Positions 1 to 14,144 of a stretch of 64,000 bases of DNA are shown here, piece by piece (the stretch's first letter is position 1; each line of letters opens with the position of its first letter). Where the stretch lies: contig OX597831.1 of the NCBI GenBank assembly GCA_951406725.2, positions 28,396,001 to 28,460,000 of the forward strand. Reading direction: 5' to 3'. The position numbers were made by a program, and so were the translations under genes. Source of the DNA: Octopus vulgaris (lineage: Eukaryota). The notes under the pieces are model-generated. The model searched no databases. It had not been told where the DNA came from and worked only from the letters and a program-made list of their open reading frames with translations.

Positions 1-11
1 TATATATATAA

Positions 12-42
<31 letters not shown>

Positions 43-160
43 CATACATACATACATACATACATACATACATACATACATACATACATACATACATACA
101 TACATACATACATACATACAGACATACATATATTCATACACACATATACACACACACATA
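1..160. repeat. (TACA)n tetranucleotide microsatellite
   Basis: Near-perfect TACA array visible directly. Confidence 0.95.
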
Positions 161-493
161 TCAATTTGCCACCATGTATATAACATCAGGAAATATGGCA
201 TGCATACAATAATTTTAATTTAAATTTCATCAAATTTCTTGCTGCTTATACAAAAACGGTGACATGAAAACTAATTTTTAAAACGAAAAAATATTCATAA
301 CCTTAAAATAAAATTAAATGAAGCAAATTTCTAATTCGTGTATATGCCATAAATATGTCATAATTTCTCATAGTCGCAACATACTCCGTTGGAAAGCTAT
401 ATATTAAAAGTTTCATTAAAATATGTATAATTTCCACAAAGTTGTCATTGCCTACCGCTAAGGATGTATGAGTACACAGCCTATTCTGGTTAT

Positions 494-897
494 TACTCTT
501 TTACTCTTTTACTTGTTTCAGTCATTTGACTGCGGCCATGCTGGAGCACCGCCTTTAGTCGGGACTTATTCTTGTAAGCCCAGTACTTATTCTATCGGTC
601 TCTTTTGCCGAACCGCTAAGTGACGGGGACGTAAACACACCAGCATCGGTTGTCAAGCAATGCTAGGGGGACAAACACAGACACACAAACACATACACAC
701 ACACACATATATATACATATATACGACAGGCTTCTTTCAGTTTCCGTCTACCAAATCCACTCACAAGGCATTGGTCGGCCCGGCATTGGTCGGCTATAGC
801 AGAAGACACTTGCCCAAGATGCCACGCAGTGGGACTGAACCCGGAACCATGTGGTTGGTTAGCAAGCTACTTACCACACAGCCACTCCTGCGCCTAT
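494..897 (-). mobile_element. tRNA-derived SINE, family A (full length, internal CA/TA microsatellite, (AGAGTAAA)n tail)
   Basis: Minus strand starts ATAGGCGCAGGAGTGGCTGTGTGG (A box) ... GGTTCAGTCCC (B box); more than 10 similar copies in the window. Confidence 0.88.
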
Positions 898-1121
898 GTT
901 AACTTTCTCTGTATCTCTCTTTTGTCCTGTCTCTCATTCTCTCTACGATATCAAGCGTAGCTGGAGAAACCAACCAATCAACCAATCAACCAACCGAACA
1001 GCATTTATATCGGCTATTTGATCTTCAGAAACGGAGAGGTTAGTAAAAACGAAAACAAAAAAAAAAAGAAGAAAAAATCTAACACGTTATCTTTAATCCA
1101 GTATTCGTGCCTATCTAATTA

Positions 1122-1554
1122 TACTCTTTACTCTTTTACTCTTTTACTTGTTTCAGTCATTTGACTGTGGCCATGCTGGAGCACCGCATTTAGTCGAGCG
1201 AATCGACCCCAAGACTTATTCTTTGTAAGCCTAGCACTTATTTTATCAGTCTCTTTTGCCGAACCGCTAAGTTACGGGGACGTAACCACACCAGCATCGG
1301 TTGTAAAGCGATGTTGGGGGGACAAACACAGATACACAAACACACACACATATATATATGCATACATACATACATACATAGATATATACGACGGGCTTTT
1401 TTCAGTTTCCGTCTACCAAATCCACCCACAAGGCTTTGGTCGGCCCGAGGTTATAGTAGAAGACACTTGCCCAAGGTGCCACGCAGTGGGACTGAACCCG
1501 GAACCATGTGGTTGGTAAGCAAGCTACTTACCACACAGCCACTCCTACGCCTAT
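1122..1554 (-). mobile_element. SINE family A copy
   Basis: Same head, body and tail as 494-897. Confidence 0.88.
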
Positions 1555-2129
1555 GATCATGACTGTTAAGCAATGGCCGAAAGAATACGATCGCGAATGT
1601 AAGCGGTAGAAACAGAATATACAGATGTATTGTATAACGCTATTCATAAAATATATCCTATTATTATTATATAATGTTATACATAAGATATAGTATATGC
1701 TTAATGCTATAGAAATCGTTGGTAAGAGAGGAGTAAAGCGCAGAGACAAGCTGTGACATGAATAGTGAACTACAGCCAGTCTTTAACTGCTATCAGCTTT
1801 TGTCTGGGAAATGTTTTCTTTAGGAAATAAAACACAGCGGTTTTTATGCAATAATTGCATTTGATGGAAATGTACTTGATCACTGGTATCATCCTCAATG
1901 TCTTAGGCACCTGTGGACAGGAAAAAAACATCATCATCTTCATCATCATCCTCATCATCATCATCATCGTTGTTGTCGTCATCTTCGTCGTTGTCGTCGT
2001 CGTCGTCGTTGTCATCAACGCCGTCCTTGTCGTCACCACCACCACCACCACCATCACCACCACCACCACCACCACCACCACTACCACCAACCAACATCCT
2101 CCTCCTCTTCTTCTTCTTGTTTCCTTCTT

Positions 2130-2702
2130 CTATTATTATTATTATTATTATTGTTGTTGTTATTGAGTGAGAGAGCCGGGCATGCCATCAAAATGACACT
2201 GGGGTAAAACATACGAAGCCCAGTACACCCATCATGACTACCCGTCTAATAAAGGCGCACCAGGCACATGAGTCACGGCCATATGTGCGCGACATGGTGA
2301 CCTTGTATCAAGATAAGCAGCAATGACCTTGCAGGTGGGGCCCAGTTAGAATTTCCTTCAGGTCAAGTAGCCCATCCCGCTTAAAAAGTCCCTGAATAAG
2401 AGTTGTTTAAGAATGTTGAGCGAAACACCAATGTTTCCAGAGGTGAATTATCCAAACCCCAAAGCATTCCTCTCAACCGATGGCTACGATGCTCCCCCAC
2501 TACTTCTGCTCGTGGTCAGAGATGCACATATCGTCAGCCACTAAGGGACATGCTCAACTGGTTAAGGTCAAACAACTGACAAGCAAATATGTGGTATTAA
2601 GCAAAATATTTGCTGTAGACCATCTTTTATACCAAGACAAAACAATGATACCACTTTCAATCAGTCAAGATGAGAAGTCATGATAGCCACGGCCTAGTAC
2701 CT
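2130..2702 (-). mobile_element. Non-coding retroposon segment embedded in (AAT)n/(AAC)n repeats, possibly the 3' part of an R4/Dong-like LINE or a derivative
   Basis: Its 2580-2700 part recurs at 23690-23816 and both copies are flanked by ATT/GTT triplet arrays. No ORF. Clade assignment is inference. Confidence 0.5.
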
Positions 2703-2721
2703 GATCAGGGCATTTATTATT

Positions 2722-2843
<122 letters not shown>

Positions 2844-2847
2844 TATC

Positions 2848-2996
2848 AAAGCAGCGAGTTGGTAGAATCGTTAGCCTGCCGGGCAAAATGTATAGCAGCA
2901 TTTCTCCCGTCCTTACGTTCTGAGTTCAAATTCGGCTGAGGTCGACTTTGCCTTTCATCCTTTCGGGGTCGATGAAATAAGTACCAGTTGAGCACT
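2848..2996 (+). mobile_element. SINE family B (tRNA-like head, GCCTTTCATCCTTTCGGGGTCGATAAA core)
   Basis: GAGTTCAAATTC B-box-like motif followed by a conserved core resembling the Meta-domain-type SINE core; many copies in the window. Confidence 0.75.
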
Positions 2997-3067
2997 AGGT
3001 TCAATATCTCTACTTTACTAATTTATCATGTTTTCATAAACATACTGAAGTATATTCAAATTACTTA

Positions 3068-3123
<56 letters not shown>

Positions 3124-3163
3124 TGTATATATATATGTATACATACATGTATATATATATACT

Positions 3164-3548
3164 ATGTTACTCTGTTACTTGTTTCAGTCATTTGACTGCG
3201 GCCATGCTGGACCACCGCCTTTAATCGAGCAACTCGACCCCGGGACTTATTCTTTTGTAAGCCCAGTACTTATTCTATCGGTTTATTTTGCCGAACCGCT
3301 AAGTAACGGGGACATAAACACACCAGCATTGGTTGTCAAACAATGCTAGGGGGACAAACACAGACACACAAACACACACATATATACGACGGGCTTCTTT
3401 TCAGTTTCCGTCTACAAAATCTACTCACAAGTCTTTGGTCGGCCCGAGGCTATAGTAGAAGACACTTGCTCAAGGTGCCACGCAGTGGGATTGAACCCGG
3501 AACCATGTGGTTGGTAAACAAGCTACTTACCACACAGCCACTCCTGCG

Positions 3549-3553
<5 letters not shown>
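3164..3553 (-). mobile_element. SINE family A copy
   Basis: Similar to 494-897 over its full length. Confidence 0.88.
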
Positions 3554-3602
<49 letters not shown>

Positions 3603-3603
3603 G

Positions 3604-3653
<50 letters not shown>

Positions 3654-4692
3654 TATATGTATGTATGTATGTATGTGTGTATGTGTGTGTGTGATTGTGT
3701 GTGAGTATGCACGAATGTGGTTCGAATGTACGTATGGACATATACACGGACACACACGTATACATATATTATTTCTTAGCTATAATCAATGCCATGTCCC
3801 AAAGCGTTGACGTCAACAATAATTGATAAAGTTGACACAAATCAGAATAGACGCGTGATTCGAAATTGAATTTACACCAATATAATCACCATCTTTTCTT
3901 TGACCACTTCTTCAATTTTCTCAGCATTTTTCTGATTCCATGACATACCATTTTCTACGAAAAGTTAATAATTTCTTTCAATCTTAACTGTTCTTCGACA
4001 CGTTCTCAACAATATTGATTTTCTCGGAACAGTAACGCAGACGTCAATACGTGTTATGTAAGTTGTTCCACAGTATCCTGGCGTGACTCAGTAGAGTATA
4101 TACAGAATATGAGTTCATTTATAGTATTAGGGTTGTGAGTGTGTAATATACGTGTAGAACATATGTTGTCTGGATTGACTTGCGGATAAAAAGCAAACGG
4201 GACGGACGACAACAAAGTATTTCAACGTATTTCATCATTGTCACATATCAGGACAGTGTTCATGGAATTTGGACGAGAGAGATAAGGGGTTAAAACACAT
4301 AAACATTATCTTGCTATTAATGTTAGAATAATTGTCTACATGAACTTCTACCTGTACTAATTATGAAGAATAAAACGAAGGAAAAAAAACAGAAAATAAA
4401 AAAAACAAACCGTGTTTACTTCAGCTTGTCGTCACTTGCAGAAATCCTTTGCCAGTATCTTAAAGGGAGACACTCATTGATTAATGGGTACAGTGAGGGT
4501 GATTTGAACTCATGGACAATATGACCAGCTTATGATCCCATGAACCGCTCAAAATATTGCCCAGAATTATTTCCATCCCATTGATGGGTACGGACTGCGA
4601 AACAAAAACGTTCACGTAAACTTGCTACTCTATATGATGGTAGAAGTACAACACACACATATTACATTCTTCATTAGAACGTATACAAACAT

Positions 4693-4751
<59 letters not shown>

Positions 4752-4899
4752 TACATATGTTGGAAATCGGCTTCCTCCTCAGTGGAAGATTTATAATAAT
4801 TAAAAATAGAAGCGACATGCATACATACATACAAAACACATATTTATACACACAGACACTCTTATAAATATATGTGTGTGGAGGGGGTACATATACATA

Positions 4900-5765
4900 T
4901 ACGTGGTCTGACTAATACATATTCGGACTCTTGCCATAGTAACGAAGCTAAAGCACGCAGAGTAAAGCCGCTTAGCACGAATTGCCCTTAAACTCTACTG
5001 TGCATGTATACTAAGTTTTAACGTCCTAGCTCACTTCTACTGTTTACAGCAGTGCTTGGAATGAACGTGTGTAGCATGTGATCGCCGCATTGAACATGAC
5101 AGAGGAGCTTTAGCAGAGAATCGGCATTAAATTTTGCCAAAAGCTTGGCGATACCTGCTCAGAGGCTCAGAGTCCTACGCAAAATTGTCAAAAACTTTTC
5201 ATCATCCTTGACACAATCAAGGAGATCTTGTGCAACTGAAACCCGAGTGTCTTTTTGGTCAGCTGAAAGCAGTTTTGGCACAAACTTGGCAGACAGGCTT
5301 CTCATACCAAAATCTTCAGTGATAATGGACTGAACTGAACCGTAACTAATCTGTACATCCTCTGATAACTCACGGATGCAATGTTTTTCACAGTTCTGCT
5401 GGTTGCGGGTCTCACAGAACGTTCATCAATATCGACATTTTTCGGCCATCTTGGAAACGTCTGAACCACTCGTAAACTTGTGCGCGGCTCATTCACTCCT
5501 CTCCATACTGTTTCTGCAACATTGCGTAGGCTTCTGAATAGTTGTCACCATGTCAACTTTCTCTGTCATGGTCAATGCGACGGTCTCACGCTACACACGT
5601 TTCTTCCAAGCACTGCTGGAAACAGCAGAAGTGAACTAAAACGTTAAAACTTAGTGTGCATGCACAGAAGAGTTCAAGGTCAATTTATGTCCAGCTGCTT
5701 TACTCTGCGTGCTTTAGCTTCGTTACTATGGCAATAGTCCAGATACTTATTCATCAGACCTAGTA
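4900..5765. mobile_element. Non-autonomous mariner-type element with ~205-bp inverted ends and decayed transposase N-terminus
   Basis: Inverted arms 4900-5104 and 5561-5765 with TA at both termini. Minus strand reads MSRAQVYEWFRRFQDG (mariner HTH) and SAKFVPKLLSADQK (WVPHEL-motif equivalent); plus strand reads MTEEL*QRIGIKFCQKLG. Confidence 0.85.
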
Positions 5766-5835
5766 TATAAACATGCATACACACACACGCGCGAGCACAT
5801 GCACACACAAACATATTCACACGCACACACAAGAT

Positions 5836-5944
5836 ATGTGTGTATGTATGTATGTATGTATGTATGTATGTATGTATGTGTGTATGTATGTATGTATGTG
5901 TGTGTGTATGTATGTATGTATGTATGTATGTATGTATGTATGTA

Positions 5945-5977
<33 letters not shown>

Positions 5978-6327
5978 ATTATGTATGTATGTATGTATGC
6001 ATGTATGTATGTATGTATGTGTGTGTGTATGTATGTATGTATGTATGTACGTATGTATGTATGTATGTATGTATGTATGTGTGTATGTATGTATGTATGT
6101 ATGTATGTATGTATGTATGTATGTATGTGTGTATGTATGTATGTATGTATGTATGTATGTATGTATGTATGTATGTATGTATGTATGTGAGACAGTGGAA
6201 AAAAATATGAAAATGATTGAAAAATAGTTTCTGTAATTAAATTACTCGAAAGTTCAAACGTAAAAACATTTTATTAGCGTCAAATATTCATGGATATCAC
6301 TCATATCACAGACCACACACACACGCG

Positions 6328-6381
<54 letters not shown>

Positions 6382-6458
6382 CATATATATTCATATATAT
6401 ATACATACATATATATACATATATATATACATACATATATATTCATATATATATATAC

Positions 6459-6539
<81 letters not shown>

Positions 6540-6648
6540 CATACAAACATGTATATATATATATATATACATACATACAAACATGTATATATAAGATGTG
6601 CATAAGTGCTTGCGTATGTAGATGTGTGTGTACGCATGTATGTATGTA

Positions 6649-6718
<70 letters not shown>

Positions 6719-6721
6719 TAT

Positions 6722-6754
<33 letters not shown>

Positions 6755-6800
6755 CACATATACATGCATATATATGCACACACATATACGTACGAAAGAC
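5836..6800. repeat. (TATG)n and (TA)n microsatellite blocks
   Basis: Directly visible; source of the MYVC/YIYI ORFs. Confidence 0.95.
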
Positions 6801-7247
6801 ACATATAATAACGGATCTCATGATATATATATGGATAATAAGCTGATACTATAATTCGTTTAGTAACCAATCAAAAAATTGTTTTTTTCGTGAAACCAAT
6901 TTTGATGTCTGTGTTGTTGTTATTGTTGTTGTTGTCAATGTTGTTGATGAGGACAATAATGATGGTGATGATGATGACGACATCGACGACGATGATGGTA
7001 ATGATGACTGATGATGATGATGATGATGTTTGCGATGGTGATGTTCTTGTCTGTATTTTCCATTAATATTTTAAATCAAATATATTTCCTGATTTTGTTG
7101 TCATTGCTGATGTTGCTGTTGCTGACGCTGTAGTAATTTTTGCTGTTGTTGTTGTTGTTGTTGTTGTTGGAGTTGTAAGCTATTTTATGCCATAAACGTC
7201 GATGTATTATCTGCCTTCCCCGTTAGTTGTAAAGCCAGAGTTGATTG

Positions 7248-7284
<37 letters not shown>

Positions 7285-7789
7285 AGGGAGAGTCCCTCTG
7301 TATATTACTGGTATTTAGCTTATCAAATCCGGAGGAAGGAAACAAAAAGACGTCGATTGTATCGCAGTACGATCTGAAGATGAAACTTTGGTGCTTGAGA
7401 CTGAATACACTAACCGAGGTAGTTCGGTGCTTTGCTGTCTCTTCCCTCCCTCTCTCACAGTCCCATACCTCTTCCTTTCCCTTCTCTCTTCACTCTCTCT
7501 TCCATCTCTTTCTTTTCTCTCCCCCCTCTCTCTTGTCTCATACTCTCCTCTTTCGTCTTATGTCCCCCCTCTCTCTCCGTTTCTATTTCTGTGTCTACAC
7601 CGTCGCCCGCGACTTGTATATATAACCGCAGAAATAGTTTTGTTGGTCGTGATGTGGAGTTGCTTTTGTTCTGCGTTCGAATTCAGGCTGGGGTTGGCCT
7701 GACTCCTCGTATCTTGTGAAATCAGGAAAAAAAAAGAAAAAAAGAAAACAAATATCAGTATCACCATTATCGTCGCCAACACAACCACC

Positions 7790-8003
7790 ACAGTCAGCAT
7801 CATCATCCTCATCATCGTTGTCGCCGTCATCGTCGTCATAGTCATCATCACGACAACGACGACCATCATCATCATCATCACTGTTGTCGCAGTCATCGTC
7901 ATAGTCGTCGTGATCATCGTCGTGGCGACGACGACCACAATCACCACCATCACCAGTATCATCATCATCATCATCATCATCATCATCGTCATCATCATCG
8001 TCG

Positions 8004-8063
<60 letters not shown>

Positions 8064-8095
8064 CGAGCACTCCCATCAATATCGTCATCACAGAG
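7790..8095. repeat. (CAT)n/(CGT)n triplet array
   Basis: Directly visible. Confidence 0.9.
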
Positions 8096-8510
8096 TCATT
8101 CGACCGACTGAAAATAGTAAGTCAGGTCTTTCTCAAACTACATCCGATCGTCTCAAAATGAAAGTTACATTAGATGATGTAGTGCTAAGAAGCAACTACA
8201 TTATCCAAACCACACATAATATTTGGTCAGTCACTCCAGCCATTGCAGCACTCTACTGCTCTCTCAACTGATAATTGGAAATGTCGAGATAATGCTTTTC
8301 CGAAAAGAAAACAAAAATCCCAAGAAACCTAACAAAAAATCCCAACAAGAATAAAAATAAAATCAATATAGACGCTTTAACATTCGCAACAACAGCAACA
8401 ACAACAAAAGCAACGATAACTAATATAACAAAATCGGTAATAGAAGCATCAAACATAGCAACAACAACAGTGACAATTGCAACAACAACTATGAACTCAG
8501 GTTCCCCCTC

Positions 8511-8561
<51 letters not shown>

Positions 8562-8839
8562 ACACACACACACTTACACACTTACACACAGAGTCGCACA
8601 CAGATACGTACAGACAGAGAGTCCCCTCCCCTATCATTCTAAAGCCAATTAAATTTGGAGTAGAATGGAAAAAAAAAAGCTGAATATAATTATTCATCAA
8701 AGAACATGTTGGACATTTTTCAGCTGTGAAATCTGACCATTTTCTAAAGAGACAATTTCTTCAGCTTCTGAAGAAAACAAACCACAAGACATCGCCGCCT
8801 TAATAATCAATATTGACAGATAACAGGACATTTTTGTTG

Positions 8840-9498
8840 GAGGTGATGGTGGTGGGGTGGGGGTGGGGGGTGGAGGTGTTGATATTGATGATTGCGATCG
8901 GGGTGGTGGTGTTGATGGTGGTAATGACTGTGGCGGTGGTAGTATAGGTGATGTGGTGTTAGTGTTAATAGTGGTGGTGGGAATGGTGGTGGTTGTAGTG
9001 ATGGTCGGGGTGGTGGTGTTGATGGTGGTAATGACTATGGAGGTGGTAGTAATAGTGGTGGTTGAGGTAGTGGTTATAGTGGTGGTGGTGAAGGTGGTGT
9101 TGGGGGTAGTGGAGATGGTGAAGGTTGTGGTGGTGGTGGTGGTTGTAGTGATGGTGGTGGTTGTGGTGATGGTGGTGGTTGTAGTGATGGCGGTGGTTGT
9201 GATGGTGGTGGTGGTTGTGGAGATGGTGGTGGTTGTAGTGATGGCGGTGGTTGTGTTGATGGTAGTGTTTGTGGAGATGGTGGTGGTTGTGAGAGTGGTG
9301 ATGGTGGTGGTAACAGTAGAGGTGATGATAGAGGGAGTGATTTTTTTGGGGGGGTGGGGTACGGCAGTGGTATTTGTGTTGTTGTTGTTGTTGTTAGTGG
9401 TGGTGACGGTACCGAACAGTATTATTATTATTGCTGTTGCTGTTGTTGTCGTCATCATCATCATCATCATCATCATTATTATTATTATTATTATTATT

Positions 9499-9593
<95 letters not shown>

Positions 9594-9595
9594 TT
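8840..9595. repeat. Compound degenerate (GGT)n/(GTT)n/(ATT)n triplet array
   Basis: Directly visible; explains the 302-aa and 266-aa low-complexity ORFs. Confidence 0.9.
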
Positions 9596-10089
9596 TATCG
9601 ATCACAGATCAATGGATGAAAGGAAGAACAGCCGATCTCAGCAAGATTCGAAATTAGATTTTAAAGAGACTTGAACATCAGTTATCATCAGAAGCAAAAG
9701 GTCACAATCTCTGGGGCTGGGGGGAGTGGTTAAAGTTAATTAATTTGACCCTCAGTACATCACTGGTACTTTATCGGCACTAGAAGAACGAATGGAAAAA
9801 TTGCCCTTACGAGAGTTTAAAATCAGACTGTAAAGGGAGGTAACAAAATATGAATACTCATTTCGTCCGGAATTTCACCGAATGGATCATATGGTCAGTG
9901 AATGGGACACAATGACGCCCGATCATATGGGAGATGTTACGTCAAAGAGGTTAGCGTCCTATCCAGGAAGACTTCTTCATTCTCTCTCTCTGTTTCTCTC
10001 AGTCTTTTTTCAATCTTTCTCTACTCCTATGTGGTCCACCCAGGCAGATTGGGTTCGATTCCCGGCATGGAAATGTAAGTTACTTTTTT

Positions 10090-10255
10090 ATAGGCGCAAA
10101 CGTGGCTGTGGGGTAAGAAGCTTGCTTTCCAACCACATAGTTCCGGGTTCAGTTCCACTGCGTGGCATCTTAGGAAAGTATTTTCTATTGTAGCCTCGGG
10201 CCGACCAAAGCCTTGTGAGTAGATTTGGTAGACGGAAACTGAAAGAAGCCCGTCG

Positions 10256-10300
<45 letters not shown>

Positions 10301-10435
10301 GTGTGTGCGTGTGTGTATATATTTGTGTGTGTGTGTTTGTGCTTGTGCCATTACCATCGCTTGACAACCGGTGTTGGTCTATTTACGTCCCCGTAAATTA
10401 GCGGTTTGGCAAAACAGAACCGATAGAATAAGTAC
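10090..10435 (+). mobile_element. SINE family A copy (plus strand), followed by a family B fragment (10440-10575)
   Basis: ATAGGCGCAAACGTGGCTGTGG ... GGTTCAGTTCC head with internal (TA)n. Confidence 0.82.
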
Positions 10436-10619
10436 ATTTCGTTCGTCTTGATGTTTTAAGTTCAAATTCCGCCGATGTCAACTTTGCCTTTCATCCTTTT
10501 TTTTTTCGGGGTCGATAAAATAGGTACTAGTTGAGTGCTGGCGTCGATGTAATTGATTTAGCCTCTCCCTAAACTTGCAGGTCATGGTGATAGCAGTGGG
10601 CAATAACATTTTGATCATT

Positions 10620-10833
10620 GGGCAAGACCGTACACACACACACACACACACAAACACACATATATATGATGAGTTTCTTTCAAATTCTTTCTACCAGATT
10701 CAATCACAAGGCTTCGGTCAGCCTGAGGCTGTACTAGAAGACGACACTTGCTCAAGGTGCCACGCAGTGGAGCTGAACCTGAAACCATGTGGTTGGGAAG
10801 CAAACTTCTTACCACACAGCCACGCCTGCGCCT
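10620..10833 (-). mobile_element. SINE family A, 5' half, diverged
   Basis: Matches the family A head. Confidence 0.75.
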
Positions 10834-11749
10834 GTACAGGAATTTATTTTCTATTTCATTTAGTGATCAAGGATTAAAAAAAAAAAATTTCTCTGTCTTG
10901 GTGAACTTACCAAGATACGAGAACCGCGGAAGCAACCAGGCAAACAGATTGGACAAAATCAGATTTTCACATAATTTTATGTACATCTGACCAGACAAAC
11001 TAGTTTAATGGTGATGGTGGCGGGTGGAATAACCATGGTAGGATTGGTGGCAGCTGTGTACAAAATATTACCAGACACCATAATATATCTCCATGAAAAG
11101 TATTCATAATCGCAGACAAATAATATTTTCGTTTCGATTCTATTCAAAACTACCGTTATCTTTCCTTTCCATTCATCTCCAATATCAATATTACGATTGT
11201 CTATAGAAACGGCAAGTTCAATTATTTTTCAAGAGGAATGAATTTCGGACTCACAGTCATACAGTTCTCTTTCTTAGATCTTTGACTTAATATGGAACCA
11301 GCAGACCAATTTTGTTGCCTTTCTAATGTCAATGATATTATTGGGAAGAATTTTCGTTTTGTAAACGGAATATTTTAGATGTCTCGTTGCCTCTGTGTGT
11401 ATATATGTGCGTTAGCATGTGCGTGTGTGTGTGTGTGTGTATGTTTGTGTATGGTTGTATATGTGTGTGCGTCTGCCTTTTGTGTGTCTAACTGTCTACT
11501 ATGTGTATCTCAATCTGTGTGTCTATATTTTTCACTGTATGTGTATGCGTGTGTCCATATGTATGTAATCTGTGTATCGTGATGTGTGCCTCATTGTTTT
11601 TCTTATAGTGTGTGTGTGTATGTGTGTGAATGCGTATGCGTGTGCGCGTCTATGTGTGTATGAGTTTATGTGTGTGTGTGTGTGTGTGTGTGTATGTTCT
11701 GTTTCTCACTGCGTATGTTTTTATCTGTGTATCACGATGTATGGTCTTA

Positions 11750-12140
11750 TTATTCTCTCTCTGTCCCACCTTTCTCTCTCTGTCCCTCTGTCCCCCTCTC
11801 TCTGTCCCACTCTCTCTCTCTCTGTCCCCTCTCTCTCTCTGTCCCCTCTTTCTCTCTCTGTCCGTCTCTCCCTCTCTGTCCCTTCCCTCTCTGTCCCACT
11901 CTCTCCCTGTCCCCCTCTCTCTGTCGGTCACCCCTCTCTCTCTGTACTCCCTCTCTCTCTGTCCTTTCTCTCTCTGTTCCCCTCTCTCTCTGTACCCCCA
12001 CTCTCTCTGTCCCCTTCTCTCTCTCTGTACTCCTTCTCTCTCTGTCCTTTCTCTCTCTGCCTCCTCTCTCTCTGTCCCCCTCTCACGGTCCCACTCTCTC
12101 TCTCAGTCTCCCTCTCCTTCTCTCTCCCTCTCTCTGTACC
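11750..12140. repeat. Polypyrimidine (CTCTCTGTCC)-like degenerate repeat
   Basis: CT-rich units visible directly. Confidence 0.85.
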
Positions 12141-12550
12141 CGCGTGCACACGTATATCTGCATACACATGCATCTCAATGCATGTGTATGCGTCTCGATG
12201 CATGTTAGGGTGTGGATGTTTCGATTTATATATGTGACCCCCTCTCTCTCTCCCCCTCTCCCCTTCTTCCCTTTCCCCTCTCCCCCCCCTCACCTAATGT
12301 ATCAGCGTATCTGTGCGTGTTTCCATTTGCTTATATATTCCAGTGTGTGCGTGTGTAAGAAAATGTCTTATGTTCGCCTGTTTGCCAGTCTGTCTGCCTG
12401 TCTGCCTGCCTGCCTGTCAGCCTGTTTGTCTGTCTGTCTGTCTGTCTATCTGTCTGTCAGCACGTGAAGGAGGTATTATTAGGCTTCTTGTACAGATCTG
12501 AGATAAAATGAGATTATCCTAATTGAAGCTCTACGAGCGTGTGTGAGTGT

Positions 12551-12595
<45 letters not shown>

Positions 12596-12699
12596 TTAGC
12601 GTGAGTATGTATTCGTGTGTGCATGTGTGTGTATGCTGCGTGTGTGCATATTTGTGAGTATGTGTGTGTATGAATGCATGTTCACATACATACATATAC

Positions 12700-12747
<48 letters not shown>

Positions 12748-13079
12748 ATTTATATATGTATGTACCTATATATGTGTGTATATATATATGTGTGAATATG
12801 TGCATGCATGTGTGTAAACATATGATTTGTATAGTTGTATTTTCATGTATGTGTGTGTGTGTGTGTGTGCGTGTATATGCCTGAGCATATGTATATACGT
12901 TTGTATGTGTGCGTAGTTGTGTGTTCATATATGTATATATGTGTGTATGCATGAATATATCATGCATCTGCGCATGTGCATGCATTGTGCTCATGCGTGT
13001 CCGTGTGTGTTTGTACGTGTGGGGAATATGTCGTAATGCTGGCAATTGAACCAGCACCAATAAAGCATCACCACTATCA

Positions 13080-13740
13080 TCACGCCGCCGCCACCACCAC
13101 CACCACCACCACCACCACCACCACCACCACCACCACCGCCGCCGCCACCGCCGCCGGCATCGTCACCGCCGCCGGCATCGTCACCGCCGCCGGCATCGTC
13201 ACCGCCGCCGGCATCGTCACCGCCGCCGGCATCGTCACCGCCGCCGGCATCGTCACCGCTACCGCTACCGCCGCCGCTACCACCACCACCACCACCACCA
13301 CCACCACCACCACCACCACCACCACTACCGCTACCGCCGCCGCCACCTCCACCACCACCACCACCACCTCCATCACCACCATAAATATCTCAACCGCAAC
13401 AACAACCACCATCACCACCACCACCAAAACCACCACCACCACCACCACTACCACCACCACCACCGCCACCACGACAACCACCACCACCACCACCACCACC
13501 ACCACCACCACCGCTTCCACCTCTACCGCCACCACTACTACCACAGTCACAACTATCACAACCACCATAACCAACATAACCACTAACACCACCACCGCCA
13601 CCGCCACCATCACCATGAATATCTCAATCGCAACCACCACCACCATCCACGATCACCACCACCATAACTACCAACACCACCACCGCCACCACCACCACCA
13701 CCACCACCAACCACCACCACCACCACCACCACCACTACCA
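13080..13740. repeat. (ACC)n array containing six 18-bp GCCGCCGGCATCGTCACC units (~13150-13257)
   Basis: Directly visible. Confidence 0.9.
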
Positions 13741-14144
13741 CTAGTATCACAGATGCTTCCACCACTTTCTTAACTAACTCATCAACAACCTCTCACTATC
13801 ACCCTCGTACTAACAATACCTCACTCTCACCCACCCCTTATACCCCTTATCTCTCTAATATACCCCGCCCAACGCCCCACGCCTCTGTACCCCACAATTA
13901 AACAATGCACTTTATAACATCATCAAATATTAAATTTTGACAATGTGTGTGTGTGTGTGTGTGTGTCTGTGTAAGTGTGTGTGCGCGTCGGAGTAAGAAT
14001 CTGGGAATGTGTGTGTATGTGCATGTGTGTTTGTACGTGTGTAAGAATATGTACTCTTGTTTGTGTGAATACATGTGAATGTGTGTGTTTATGTATACGT
14101 GTGTCAGTGACTGTTTAAGAATGTGCGAAAGAGTTTGTTTGTGT

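Noticed and set aside
660-902. Recurrent MLGGQTQTHKH...GTEPGTMWLVSKLLTTQP ORFs suggesting a gene family
   Set aside because: Antisense translations of SINE family A, with frames varying between copies.
8697-9674. Long ORFs (302 aa, 266 aa) rich in Thr/Val/Ile, superficially mucin-like
   Set aside because: Read-through of triplet microsatellites that are open on both strands; no splice or domain evidence. The same applies to the poly-H, poly-D, YIYI and MYVC ORFs throughout the window.
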